Origin: Lama guanicoe
Taxonomy: Eukaryota
Direction: 5' to 3'
DNA: 64,000 nt
Assembly (NCBI GenBank): GCA_013239625.1
Contig: MU053934.1
Coordinates: 5,970,399 to 6,034,398, forward strand
Shown here: positions 52,908 through 64,000 of the stretch, piece by piece
How the letters are laid out: each line of letters begins with the position of its first letter
Position numbering within the stretch: position 1 is the stretch's first letter
Position numbers and translations under genes: made by a program
Notes under the pieces: generated by a model
Told to the model about the DNA's origin: nothing
The model's database searches: none
Seen by the model: the letters and a program-made list of their open reading frames with translations, nothing else

Positions 52908-53019
52908 TATGGTGAAAAATACAAAAATGAATATATATATATTCATGTATGACTGAATTGTGCTGTACACCAGAAATTGACACAACATTGAAAACTGACT
53001 ATAACTCAATAAAAACAAA
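52908..53019 (+). mobile_element. Short LINE-1 3'-end fragment
   Basis: ...GCTGTACACCAGAAATTGACACAACATTG...AATAAAAA; AAGAAGAAAAA flanks both sides (52897-52907, 53020-53030). Confidence 0.75.
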
Positions 53020-53167
53020 AAGAAGAAAAACAAACTAGAAAAGGGGTAAGGAGGGTTTTTTTTGGCGGGGGGAGCTACAATTTAAAATAGAATGGTTAGA
53101 GAAGGTACTATTAAGAAACAAAGATATCAGGGATTGGGCCCTGCAAATATTTGGGGAAAAGTATTCT

Positions 53168-53962
53168 TTTTTTTTTTTAACATTTTTTACTGATTTATAA
53201 TCATTTTACAATGTTGTGTCAAATTCCAGTGTTCAGCACAATTTTTCAGTCATTCATGGACATATACACACTCATTGTCACATTTTTTTCTCTGTGATTT
53301 ATCATAACATTTTGTGTATATTTCCCTGTGCTATACAGTGTAATCTTGTTTATCTATTCTACAGTTTTGAAATCCCAGTCTATCCCTTCCCACCCTCTAC
53401 CCCCCTGGTAACCACAAGTCTGTATTCTCTGTCCATGAGTCTATATCTGTCCTGTATTTATGCTTTGTTTTTGTTTGTTTGTTTGTTTTTGTTTTTTAGA
53501 TTCCACATATGAGTGATCTCATATGGTATTTTTCTTTCTCTTTCTGGCTTACTTCACTTAGAATGACATTCTCCAGGAGCATCCATGTTGCTGCAAATGG
53601 CATTATGTTGTAGCATGTATCTTTTCAAATTAGAGTTCCCTCCAGATAAATGCCCCAAAGTGGGATTGCTGGATCATATGGTAAGTCTGTTTTTAGTTTT
53701 TTGAGGAATCTCCACACTGTTTTCCATAATAGCTGCACCAAATTGCATTCCCAACTAGAGTGTAGGAGAGTTCCCTTTTCTCCACACCCTCTCCAGCATT
53801 TATCATTCATGGATGTTTTTAATGATGACCACTCTGACTGGTGTGGGTGATACCTCATTGTAGTTTTGATTTGCATTTCTCTGATAATTAGTGATATTGA
53901 ACATTTTTTCATGTACTTTTTGATCATTTGTATGTCTTCCTTGGAGAACTGCTTGTTTAGGT
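53168..53962 (-). mobile_element. 5'-truncated LINE-1 (ORF2 C-terminus, 3'UTR, poly(A))
   Basis: Translation [12 protein letters not shown]...[13 protein letters not shown]...[14 protein letters not shown]...[19 protein letters not shown] is typical L1 ORF2p; poly(T) from 53167; degenerate 13/16 TSD at 53152-53167 and 53963-53978. Confidence 0.92.
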
Positions 53963-54579
53963 GGGGGAAGACTATTCTCGCAAAGGAAACAGCAAATACA
54001 AAGGTTCTTATGGAGCAAGAGGAGGGTGGGTATAGGAACTGTAAGGAGGCCAATGGGGCTGCAGCACAGAGAAGAAAGGAGAAAGAGGTAAGAGATGAGA
54101 AAAGGAAATTAATGAGAGGCCTAAGTCACCATGGCCATTTTAAGAAATATGGCTTTTACTGAGTGACAAGGAGAGTCACTGGAGGGTTTCTAGCAGAAGA
54201 GAGACCATGTGACGTATGTTTTGACAGGATCACTCTATCCGTTGCGTAAGGCAGGGTATCTTCAAGCTGCTCCAAGAATGAGGGGATGAAATTGAATAAA
54301 AATTAGCCTGAAACCCTCCCCTCCACCTCTTGAAGTTCTGGAATAGGACAATTTTAGGCTAAAAGTGTGGTGGTGGGGCCTCCAGATGGAACACGAACAC
54401 CGTACTTCTCAGATGGAGAAGGGTCCATTCTTCAGTCCACTAGGTACACACGTACACACACACACACATCATCCACTATAAAGACTAAGAAACTGGTGCC
54501 CAGAGAGGAGAACTGATTCGTCCAAGGTCTGCACAGCGGCAGAGCGAAGACAAACGGTAATTACACATTTTCCTTCTGG

Positions 54580-55710
54580 GAAGGAGCGCCGCAGATTTTC
54601 ACAGGTGCACATCCACCGCTCCGGCGAAGCGTGAGCAGTGACTCAAGCCGGTCCCGTGGACTGCGGCCCCAGCCCAGGCCCTTTGCGGGTGTGGTCCTAT
54701 TGGGAGGCGGCGGCGGGGAAGCGACGCGCGAGTTCGGGCCACAAATGACAGGCGGGCAGCACCGGAGCCCCATCCGGGATCCAGGGCGGACGCGCACCGC
54801 CCCCAGATGACACCGACGCTAACAGGAGACGCCACTGCTGGCAGCTGCAGGCTGGGAGGCCCAGGCGGGCCCGATGCCCTCTCTGAGCCTCAGTTTCCCC
54901 ACTTATGAAAAAAGCCAGCGCCCCCCAGCTCCCCTATTCCCACCGCCTCGGCGATCGGCCGTGGAAGGCACAGGGAGAAGACCGAGGGGCCACGCAGGAA
55001 GCGCTCCGGCGAGCCACACCCTCCTCGCTCAGTTCCAGGGCCGCGCCGCCCCCCGCCCCCATCCCAGGCAGATGACAGGGAAAGGAAAGGGACCCCGACC
55101 CTACCGTAAACAGGCGGCGCTGCCGCGTGGGGCAACCGGAGCGCGCGTGTCCGCCTAGCGGGGGAGGAACTGATTTAGGGTCCGGGTGAGGTCAGGTCGG
55201 GGTCGCCCCTCCGAGTCCAGCAGTCCCGATGCCCAGCCCGCTTGTCCGGCAGCTCTCCGAGCGGTTCTCGCCGCTCGCGCCCCCGACACCACCTGCTCCC
55301 CGCACGGCAGCGGATGATGGCGGAGGAGGAGGATTTTGAAAGCCGGCAGTTTCTCTCCCTCGATTTGATTTGTTGGAGGCCCAGGACGGCTTCCTTTTCC
55401 CCTGCGCGCGTGGCCTCTCGGGTAAGGTAGTCCAGTTCTGCGCGGGGCGCGGCGGGGCGCAGCAGGACAGCGCCCGCGAACTACCATTCCAGTGACGTAC
55501 GTCATCCCAGAGCGCCGCCGCTGGTCGCTCTTTGCCCTCCCTTTTCGGCTTCTGGCTCTTTCTCCGGGAGGCCACTGGGAGGTGTTTAGCCGCGAGCGCC
55601 CAGGACGACTACAATTCCCAAAATGCCTTGCGGCGCTACCGTCTCAGCCCTTCCGGAAAGGTTACGTTCACGTAACTTTATTACAAAGGCTGGTACTGCG
55701 GGAGGCTCGG
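54580..55710 (-). promoter_or_regulatory. RANGAP1: CpG island: RANGAP1 promoter and non-coding exon 1 (exon boundaries unresolved)
   Basis: High GC and CpG density about 2.5-3.6 kb upstream of the first coding exon; GC boxes, ZNF143-type motif, CRE-like palindrome. Confidence 0.85.
55608..55626 (+). promoter_or_regulatory. ZNF143/STAF (THAP11-HCFC1-associated) motif ACTACAATTCCCAAAATGC
   Basis: Near-perfect match to the ACTACAATTCCCAGAATGC promoter consensus; a weaker copy (ACTACCATTCCAG) is at 55480-55492. Confidence 0.8.
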
Positions 55711-58700
55711 TGCTGGATCTGTTCAGCAAGAAATAGGTATCCATTTCCGAAAGGGAAAACCTTGCCTTTTTTGTCCCATGAAATTGGAAGGATATTCGAA
55801 GCCGTTCACATAGTCACAAATTACTTGATAATTAAAAAGGGGAAATAGGAACCCTATAATAAACTCTGCCACACCACCGTAACCACGTGGTCCACAGTAC
55901 TGACATCCATTGCACACCCTCCGCAGTGATGTACCAAGAACACAGCATTACCATCTAGTCGGCAACGTGTAAGGTTAACCTAATCATGAGGCAACATGAG
56001 ATCTACCCAAATTGAGGGACATGCTTCAGAACGTTTCTGTGCTCCTCCACAAATGTGTGTGTCATGAAATAGCACCCAGAGATAATCACCGTCAACGTAT
56101 ACAGCCATCTCCAAAGTTACCTCTCACAACTCAGCTCATGTACATGCTTTTGCTTTATCTCCAATTCGGAGTTAGATATATTATGTGCCAGAGTCTTCCA
56201 CACACTGCTAATTTCATCTTACAACCACAAAGAACTGGACATCATTGTCACCCTTCCCAGCATAGAAATGAGAAAACTGAAGCTCCAGACCCTGGAGCTT
56301 CACACAGCTACTGAGATGTGGATCGTCTTTCCAACCTCCCTTCTCCTCCTCTGCCTACAAGGCCCATATCAAATGCCACCTCCTCTAGGAGGCTTTCCTA
56401 CCCGACTTAAGCTACAATGAGTCACCTTCCTCTGGGCCCCACAGCAAGTTGCAAGCCCCAGCAGCAATTGGTCTGCAGCCTTGAGAGCTTCTTCATAGTC
56501 AGAGTTAACAGTATTCTTGGCAGCATCTGCCTCAACCTGAGAGAGCCTCTGGGCAGGTACTGTCTCCATCTGGGCAGCATCCTCTTGGGGCCTGGCCTGT
56601 CATAGGTGTTTCAGGTTTCCACCTTTGAACTGGATTCCAGGCAGGGCCATCGGATGTTTCCTTAAAATGAATCATCATCTGAGAAGGCTAAGACGCTCTC
56701 AGTTAGGTCTGATGCTATTCCTGTGCTGATTCCAGCTAGGACTGATCAAATAGTCTAAATTTTCCTTGGGGTGATCCTCGGGCTCCCTTTTCCAGTTTTA
56801 CTTTCTGAGACTTTCATCTGATGGGGACCTTCCAAAGGGAAGAGGAACGTGGGCAGTAAAACATCTTAGGTGATCTTCCTCCTCATTCAAGTGATGGATG
56901 GGTTTCAGAACTGGAAGGGAATTCTTAGCAGAAACAATGGCTTTCAAAGACCAGGTGGGTAATAGGAGGTGGTAATAGGAGCCCCATGGGGCTTGTGGAG
57001 ATGTGGAGAGATGTTCTTCCTGGAGGTGTCCACATTCAAAGCTAAAAATCATAGACCCAGCCCCTTAGCAATCCAGATTCTGTTTGTTACTCTTGAATCT
57101 AGGTTCTATCTCAAACCCCTTTCAAATGGGGAGACTGTGATTTAAAAAGGAGAAGGGGGTTTGCACAGTGAGTCAGAAGAGTCTAGAATCATCAGTGTTT
57201 CCAAGCAACACATTTGTCATCTTTTTTCTCTTTCTCCCTCCCTTTCTCCAACTTTCTCTTTCAAATGATCACCTGGGAGCTTGCCTGGCCCGGGAAGTGG
57301 AATCAAAGCTTTTGACGGACAGAATCATGTTAGGCCATCCTCTCCTCTTTGCAACAGATGGTGAACTGAGGCCCAGAGAGGTCAAATAACCTGCCCACAT
57401 TACACAGTAACTTAGATAAGACATAGTAGAAGCCAGATCTCTGGGATTCTTTTCAACAGGCAAAACAGGTTACTTTGTGTGTGTGAGATGGGAGTAAAGG
57501 GAGAGTGGATGTTCCAGATTTCTCCCTGTTGTGCAGTGGTTTTTATTATTTTGTTTCCTCTTTTTTTTTTTTTTTTAATGTTTTGAAGAGAAAAGCAGAC
57601 TGCCTCTGATTAGTTTGGTTTACTTTAACCGAGTGTTTTAAATTCCATTCTAGTGCCTGAAAACAAACTTGATTGCCAATCGTAAATGGACTAAATAACA
57701 TTTATCCTGGTTTCCTGAAGAGCTACCAAGGCTGCAGATTTGCCATTTAGTCAGATCAAAAACAAATGCCTGAACTATGTCAGACACGTGAGGAATGTGG
57801 AGAGAAAGTCCCAAGATTCAACTGGGTGCTAGCCTTTGGCCCTCGGAGAGAGGAGAGAGGCAGGTGCTCCTGGCCTATCCACATTGCAGGAGGGGGTTGC
57901 TACATCGTCTGTTACAAGTAAACTTAAACCACATTCCCCACTGGGTTCAAGCCCAGGGCTCCCTTAACTAATTTTTTTAACCTCGATAAACAACCATAAT
58001 TAAAAGAATTCTTTCACTCCACAAATAGTTATTCAGCATTCTACTATGTACAAGGCACTCTTCTGGAATCCAGTGATGAATGAGATGAAAAAGGATGGTG
58101 ACTGGGGAGGAGCTTAAATTAAGTTCTAACGTGTATGAAGAGTTTCCTGGCACCAAGCCCTTTTGGTAGATTATTTTCTCTTTCAAGAATTCTTTTGTTT
58201 CCAAATGGAAATAATTTCATTTTTCAAATGAAAACTGACAGCAGTTTAAAAAAATTAGTATCAATGCAAAAGAGCATAAAGAAGAAAGTTAAAAATTACC
58301 TGTTTTGTTTTTAACAAAAATGTTACACGAATTGATGAGTGGATGGATGGAAGGATCAGTACATGATTAAGCAACTATAGCAAAATGTTAACAATGTAGC
58401 ATAAGCTAGGGTTGTACAGTTCTTTCAACTTTCTGTCTCCTTGAACATTTGCAAGCATATTGGGGACAAATGTGACCGTGTTTTATCACCGGCATCTCAT
58501 TCACTGTATTATACTTCTAGGCTCACGGGTCCACCCCTCTCTCTTTTTTTAAAAATCACCCTCACCTTCGAGAATCTGAATTCTATGGACTGTTTTCCAG
58601 GAGTATGCATTATGTTTTTATTATTTATTTAATCACATATTTTTCAATGTTTTGCATGCAGGAACTCACTCCTCACAGTAACCCCAGGGGGGAAGTACTC

Positions 58701-58944
58701 TTATTATCCCCAACCTAAGTCTAACATTGTGCATTCATCTTCACGGTCTTTCCCTAAACCCCAAGTGAAGACCCCTTGCTGGAGGGCTGGGACCTCGGAC
58801 TGTGCTGGAGCAGTTGGGACAGGGGTTTATCTGCAGTCCCAGGACCTAGCCTAAGGCCTGGCAATGAATGTTTCTGAGTCAGTGAATGAACACCATACAT
58901 GGTTGCACTAAGACTGCCATGTACTCAGGCTCTCCCCAGGTGAC

Positions 58945-58994
58945 AACAAGGCATCTCTGAAAAAAACAAAACAAAACAAAACAAGGCATCTCTG
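58945..58994 (+). repeat. 15-bp direct repeat AACAAGGCATCTCTG flanking a 20-bp A-rich insert
   Basis: Copies at 58945-58959 and 58980-58994. Confidence 0.85.
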
Positions 58995-61189
58995 CGGTCC
59001 AGGCCATGGCCAACCTAAGCCTGGAGCAGGAGGTGCTCCCTGGAAAAGGGATAACTGAGTGATGTATCTGTCAGTTCCTCAAAGTTCACAGCATGAATGT
59101 CTGACTCCCATTCTCCAGCGACCCACTCCGGTGACAGGTCCTTGGTGGGAACCAGTTGATGCCCCCAGATTGAAGATATCCATGTCATGATGCTGTGATC
59201 TTACAGATGGACGAGCTGGGACTGCATTCTGTCTCTGCCTCTTTCTTAGCTGTGTGACCTCAACCAAGTCGCTTAACTGCTCTGTGTCTGTTTCTCCACA
59301 CTGAAACAGGTGAAAACAGTCCCTACCTTACAGGGTTTGGGGGAAGGTAAGAGAATCAATATGTACAACATGCTTGGCTCATAGTAAATAAAAAGTAGTG
59401 GCTATTACTGCTATTTAAGTTTTAATGTGGGGACATAGGGCAACCTGCTGGTGCCAGTTTTGGGGCCTTTCTCTCCAAAGCACCACCTCCTCTGGGGTCT
59501 CGTTAGGGCCCATTTACCATCGCAGGAAGCTCAGATAGTTTAACTATTATTGATGCCTAATTCAAGAGACGAGGGCAGCAGAGGGGAGGGCTGTTGTCCA
59601 GCTGAATCCACATTAAATAACAGACAGTCCTCTTCCACTGGCAACCTGGGATGGTGGAATCATCATACCATTTACCAGCTAGTTCATTTGAAGCAAGATG
59701 CAGTCAGTAGTCCAGCTGGCCTCAGCATCTTCATCCATAAAATGGGGGGGGGGTACTGATAATAACAGTGGTACCTAATATGATAAATTGTCAAGAGTGT
59801 TTCATCATAAATTGTACAGGGGATATGGGAACTAACATTTACTCATCCCTGTGGGCTAGGCACTGTACTATATTTAATTATAGTACTTGAAACAAACTCT
59901 ATGTTGATTAGGTTTTCTTATCCTTATTTTGCAGATGAGGAAAGCGAGGCTGCAAGATTACCGAGGGTCACACAGCTAGCAAGTGGCAGAGTTGGGACTC
60001 CAATGGACCTGGTCTTCCTAACACTGCCTCAGTGATACCCCTACCATACCACCCAGCCGTCCTAAATTGCCAGGCTCTGTCTGTGGCTGCCTTTAGCCCA
60101 TGATCTTGGATCTATCACAGGTGACCCAGTGGTTGATTTCCCACTAAGCCTCAGAATCCCCAAGGTTGTACTTGTCAGATATATTAAGTCAGAATCTCGG
60201 GGTGGGGGGTTGTGTGTGGGGGGAATTAGGGATCTTCATTTTAAACAAGCCCCACCTCTCCATATGTCTGAGGGCCACCAGACTTTGCTTTTCGTTTCTG
60301 GACATAAATGTCCATCCTCTTCATGCCAGAGGCTCCCTTTTTGTTTGTTAATCTTAGAGTAGTGAGGGCAGCGAGGGCATCCACAGAATGAAGAGTTTGA
60401 GAAATTCTGATGGTGCAGGTGCATTTTTTTCTTCCCTTTTCAAGGCTCCTTTAAGATAGACATTGAAAAGTGTTGGAGGCCATGTAAAGCATACAAACTC
60501 TGGAGTCAGAATTGCTACTTCGGACAGGTCACTTAATCTCCAAGCCTCAGTTTTCCATCTGTAAAATAGGCATGCTAGAACTGATATTCTAGGATTACTG
60601 TGAGGAATTAATTAAGTAAATTGTGCCAGTTTATTGTCCCTCATAGCATTTACCACAGCATGTTTAAAATTTGTCTCCAGTTTCTAAGATGATGTCTGGC
60701 ACAAATGTGGAAGAGATAACACTTGTAAAGCTAAAATCAGCTAGGCTCACAGCTGATCCTCAATGAATTAAAAAATAAATATGTACAGGCATACATATAT
60801 ATGTATATATATACACATATGTGTGTGTAAAATGAGGAGAGAGAACTCTGAGGAATCAATGAGGCAGGTGATGGTTGTGTGGGATGACACCGTATTTGGA
60901 ATCTGAAGCTTTGGATTCAAATCCAACCTGGACCTGGCCAGCTCTGAGGCAGTGCCAGGGATGCTCACAGCTGGTTTCTCCTTCGGTGATTTCCCCTTTC
61001 CTTCTTGGTCTTCTAAGCAGCCTCAAGTCCTTCCGGGAAACATCCCATACATACCACAACAGCAGAGGGAGGTCCTGATTCCTCTCTGAGCCTCTTGTCT
61101 TCATCCATGCAAAGGGTACAAGGCAGCAAGGGTTTGGGGAGCCTTCAACGAAAGCATCTGGAAACCCGGAAGCTTTTTACACACATGAG

Positions 61190-62520
61190 GAAGGGCGGAG
61201 GCGCCGAGTTTTACCAGTGTCCGCCCAGAAATGCAGAATTGCCAAAAGAAAAGCCCTAAGAGGGAAGGACACTTTCAAAGAAAATAAAGGTGAATGCCAG
61301 GCATGAGCTTTCCACGGGGAAGGGGGACTTCCCCGCCCCCTCCGCCCCCAGGTGCGCAGCCCGCGCCGCCCACCCCCGGCGCCAGGCAAGGGGAGACGCG
61401 CTCTAGGACCCGAGGAGGAAGAACTGCAGGGAGATCGTGCCTCCAGCGGGTGCTGCCGCGAGCGGCCGGCCGAGGGGGCTGGAAATGAAAGTAAAGCGCT
61501 CCGGAGCCACATGGACGGAGCTGCCGGGGCGGCGGCGCCGGGAGCAGGATGCGGCCGCCCGTAATTAAATAGCATTTACACTTATTATTACTAATAATAA
61601 TAACGTAATCATACCTCTAGTCATAGCATACCATTTATCGGGCTCGGCGCAGGCCCGCGGGGAGCGCAGCCCGGCCGAGGTGAGTGCTGCGCGCGGCCCG
61701 AGCCCGGCGGGGCAGAGGCCGGGGCCCGACCGCGAACCTGCGGCCGGCGCGGGAGGGGTCGGGGCGCCCGGGGCCCGCGCCGGGCCGGGAGGCGGCGCGG
61801 GAAACCCTGGCCGGGCCGGGGCTGCGCGGGGCCACCCGGAAAGTGCATTTTGCAAAAATAAAGAAGTAGCCCCCCCACCCCCTTCCGCCTTTTTGGGGCT
61901 CCCCCTCCCGATCCCCGTGCCCTGACCCAAAGTTTCAAAGTTATTGTGCGACCGGGGGCACCTGCCGCTGGGTGATTTGGCTTCCTCAGCAACCCCCGGG
62001 GGGTGTCTTGGAATTTTCTTGCGTGGGGGGCTCTCTCTGCGTCCGGAGCTTTGGGGTGCGCGGATGCTTCGCCCGTCCCCGCAATGGGGGTCGAGGGGGT
62101 TGTAGGGGACGTGGTTGGCAGCGCGCCCCTTCCTTTTGTGTGCGCCTTGGTCCCGCAGTGCCGGAGGTTGGAAGGACCGCAGCGCGGGCCGAGCACCGCG
62201 CCCGCCGACAGGCCGCTCCTGCCGGCTACGGTGGTCACGCGAGCCCGGGGATCCGGGGCCTGCGGCCGGCCCAGGAGAGGGGGCGGCAGGAACGGGGGGC
62301 GCGGTCAGGGGGGCATTTCCGGTCGCGAGATCAGTCCCTGGGCTCTGAGGCCTGCGAAGGGCCCGTCGTCGGGACAGGAGCGTGGTGGCTGCGGGGGACA
62401 ACTCCAGAGCCTGGGGGACGCCCCGGGGAGATGGGTGCTGGGGAGCCTCGGACCCCCTCCCGCCCTCAGCGGGCGTCAGGAACCCCTCCAGGCCTGCTCT
62501 CTCCTTTCGCGGCTTTCCCC
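61190..62520. promoter_or_regulatory. CpG island: promoter of the divergent neighbouring gene (ZC3H7B by synteny)
   Basis: Very high GC and CpG density, GC boxes (CCCCGCCCC near 61331), strong donor GAG|gtgagt at 61679/61680. Confidence 0.85.
61481..61679 (+). other. ZC3H7B: Probable ZC3H7B non-coding exon 1 (5'UTR; start approximate)
   Basis: Ends at a consensus donor. Gene identity rests on recalled synteny and recalled leader sequence; no ZC3H7B coding sequence is in the window. Confidence 0.7.
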
Positions 62521-64000
62521 TTAAAATCTGCCTGTCTCAAGTGTATATAAGGCGCCTGGTTTGGGGGTCTTTCACAGAGACAAAGCAGATTCCCAGGGGG
62601 AAAAATCACGTAGAAACAATTCACTGTGACAGACCCTGACGGCTGTGATGCCAAAATGGCCTTAATGGGGAAGAGCGGGGGCTGGAGAAGGAATGAGGGC
62701 TGGAGAAGGGGGCTGGCTGGGCCCAGAGTAGGGGCCTGGGGCCCACAGCAGCTTTGTCAGGGATTTCATTTCTATGGGGTTGCTTACTGAGACTGGTTCC
62801 TGGGTACAAGACTTTGAACCCCAACTTTTTACCATTTTTCTTCGGCGCCTGCAATTCATGAGTCCCATGGAAATAGCAGAATGCAGATCTTTGAATTTTC
62901 ACACAAATGTGATAATTACAGTACATTTAGCAACTGTTGGACACAGAATTCAAGCAGAATCAAAAAAAAAAATTCCAGCAGAGTCTTTAATTCTACTACC
63001 AAGACTTCCCCTTCCCTCTCCACACATACAACCACACCCACCTTGGTGGTCTTTCCCCGTTTTCACTTCCCATAGAAATTGGACTGCAAACTAGAAATGA
63101 TGCCTGGCCAAACACAGTTGGAGCAGGTTTAAGGTGTGGGCTTCCTTAAGCTGTGTCCAAGAGGGCTGAGATCTGAGGATAGGAGATTTTGTGGCCCCTG
63201 AGCTGGAGTGAGGTTTATCTTCCATGGATGCTGTGAATTCTAGGCTGTTGGCTTTTTATTTAGGATGGACACTTAAGAATATGGGTTTTGGTGGATTATT
63301 GGGGGCTAAGAAGCTCTGTGGGATGAGCTAGTCTCTTGAGGCTTAGGTATAGGAAAGTTGAAGCGTCAGCAGGTTTGGATTTGAGAATATGAAAATAATA
63401 ATCCTTTAAAATAGCATTTTTTAGTTTATAACAAAAGGTCTTTCACACATTTTGGCTCATCTGTCCTTCATAGCAACCATGTCAGCTCGACATTTTTCAG
63501 TCCTCATTTTCCAGATGAGAAACCTGAGGCTTAGAGAGTTGAAGTTCTCCCAGGAAAGTCACATAGGAGCTGGGATTCCTGCCTGATTTTCTGCCTCCAA
63601 ACCTTCACCTTTCCCAGAGCCCTGGCTACTTTAGCAAGTTACTTTTCAAGGGCCTCTTGTGAGCATAGCGTGATGCTGCGGGGCAGCCTTGGGTTGAGTT
63701 TGCCACTTAGAGGGGCAGGAGAGAGGTTAACTCTAGTGAACCAATGAGTGAACAAGGAAGTGGTCACTACGGGGTCAGTGTGGTGGCAGTGGAGAGAAGA
63801 AAGCTCTCAGGGTAGCCTGGGAAAGCTAGGGAAGGCTCCCTCCAGGAAGTGATCTTGAGCTTGAAAGAGTGTGGAGGCTTGGCCGGGGTGGAGAAGACAT
63901 AGGGAGTTCTGGGTTCACACAATTGCTTCCACACTGGGAGGCTGACATACATTCTGATTCTTACGGTGGCTCCATAAGGGATAGGCATTATTGTCTCCAT

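Noticed and set aside
55095..55110. Possible donor (ACG|GTAGGG on -) for RANGAP1 non-coding exon 1
   Set aside because: Cannot be distinguished from other candidate donors without transcript data, so exon 1 boundaries are left uncalled
61177..62550. Multiple 130-278 aa ORFs in the ZC3H7B CpG island
   Set aside because: Stop-codon depletion in very GC-rich DNA; no recognisable protein features

Overview
Mammalian genomic DNA, not prokaryotic. It is probably camelid: four copies of a tRNA-derived SINE resemble the Vic-1 family as I recall it. The window matches the L3MBTL2-CHADL-RANGAP1-ZC3H7B block (human 22q13.2). Exons were reconstructed by hand from GT-AG boundaries and reading phase, numbered as in human. 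L3MBTL2 (+): coding exons 2-17 at 1151-15163, exon 1 upstream of the window. CHADL (-): complete, 6 exons, ATG at 25304, stop at 14639, 751 aa. RANGAP1 (-): 15 coding exons, ATG at 52068, stop at 30113, 588 aa, with a CpG-island promoter near 55 kb. A second CpG island at 61.2-62.5 kb holds a probable non-coding first exon of ZC3H7B (+). Introns carry MIR, L2, L1, MLT, MER5 and Tigger repeats. Most ORF-track entries are spurious. I see no evidence of a wholly new gene system. The best leads are: (1) interlocked antisense 3' ends of CHADL and L3MBTL2, where one hexamer is both the CHADL poly(A) signal and an L3MBTL2 polypyrimidine tract; (2) three uORFs, one per frame, all ending in an AT-rich palindromic block in the ZC3H7B leader; (3) a stop-free in-frame L3MBTL2 intron; (4) an orphan A-tail insertion with a 15-bp target-site duplication. 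Family names for repeats and comparisons with human come from memory, not database searches.
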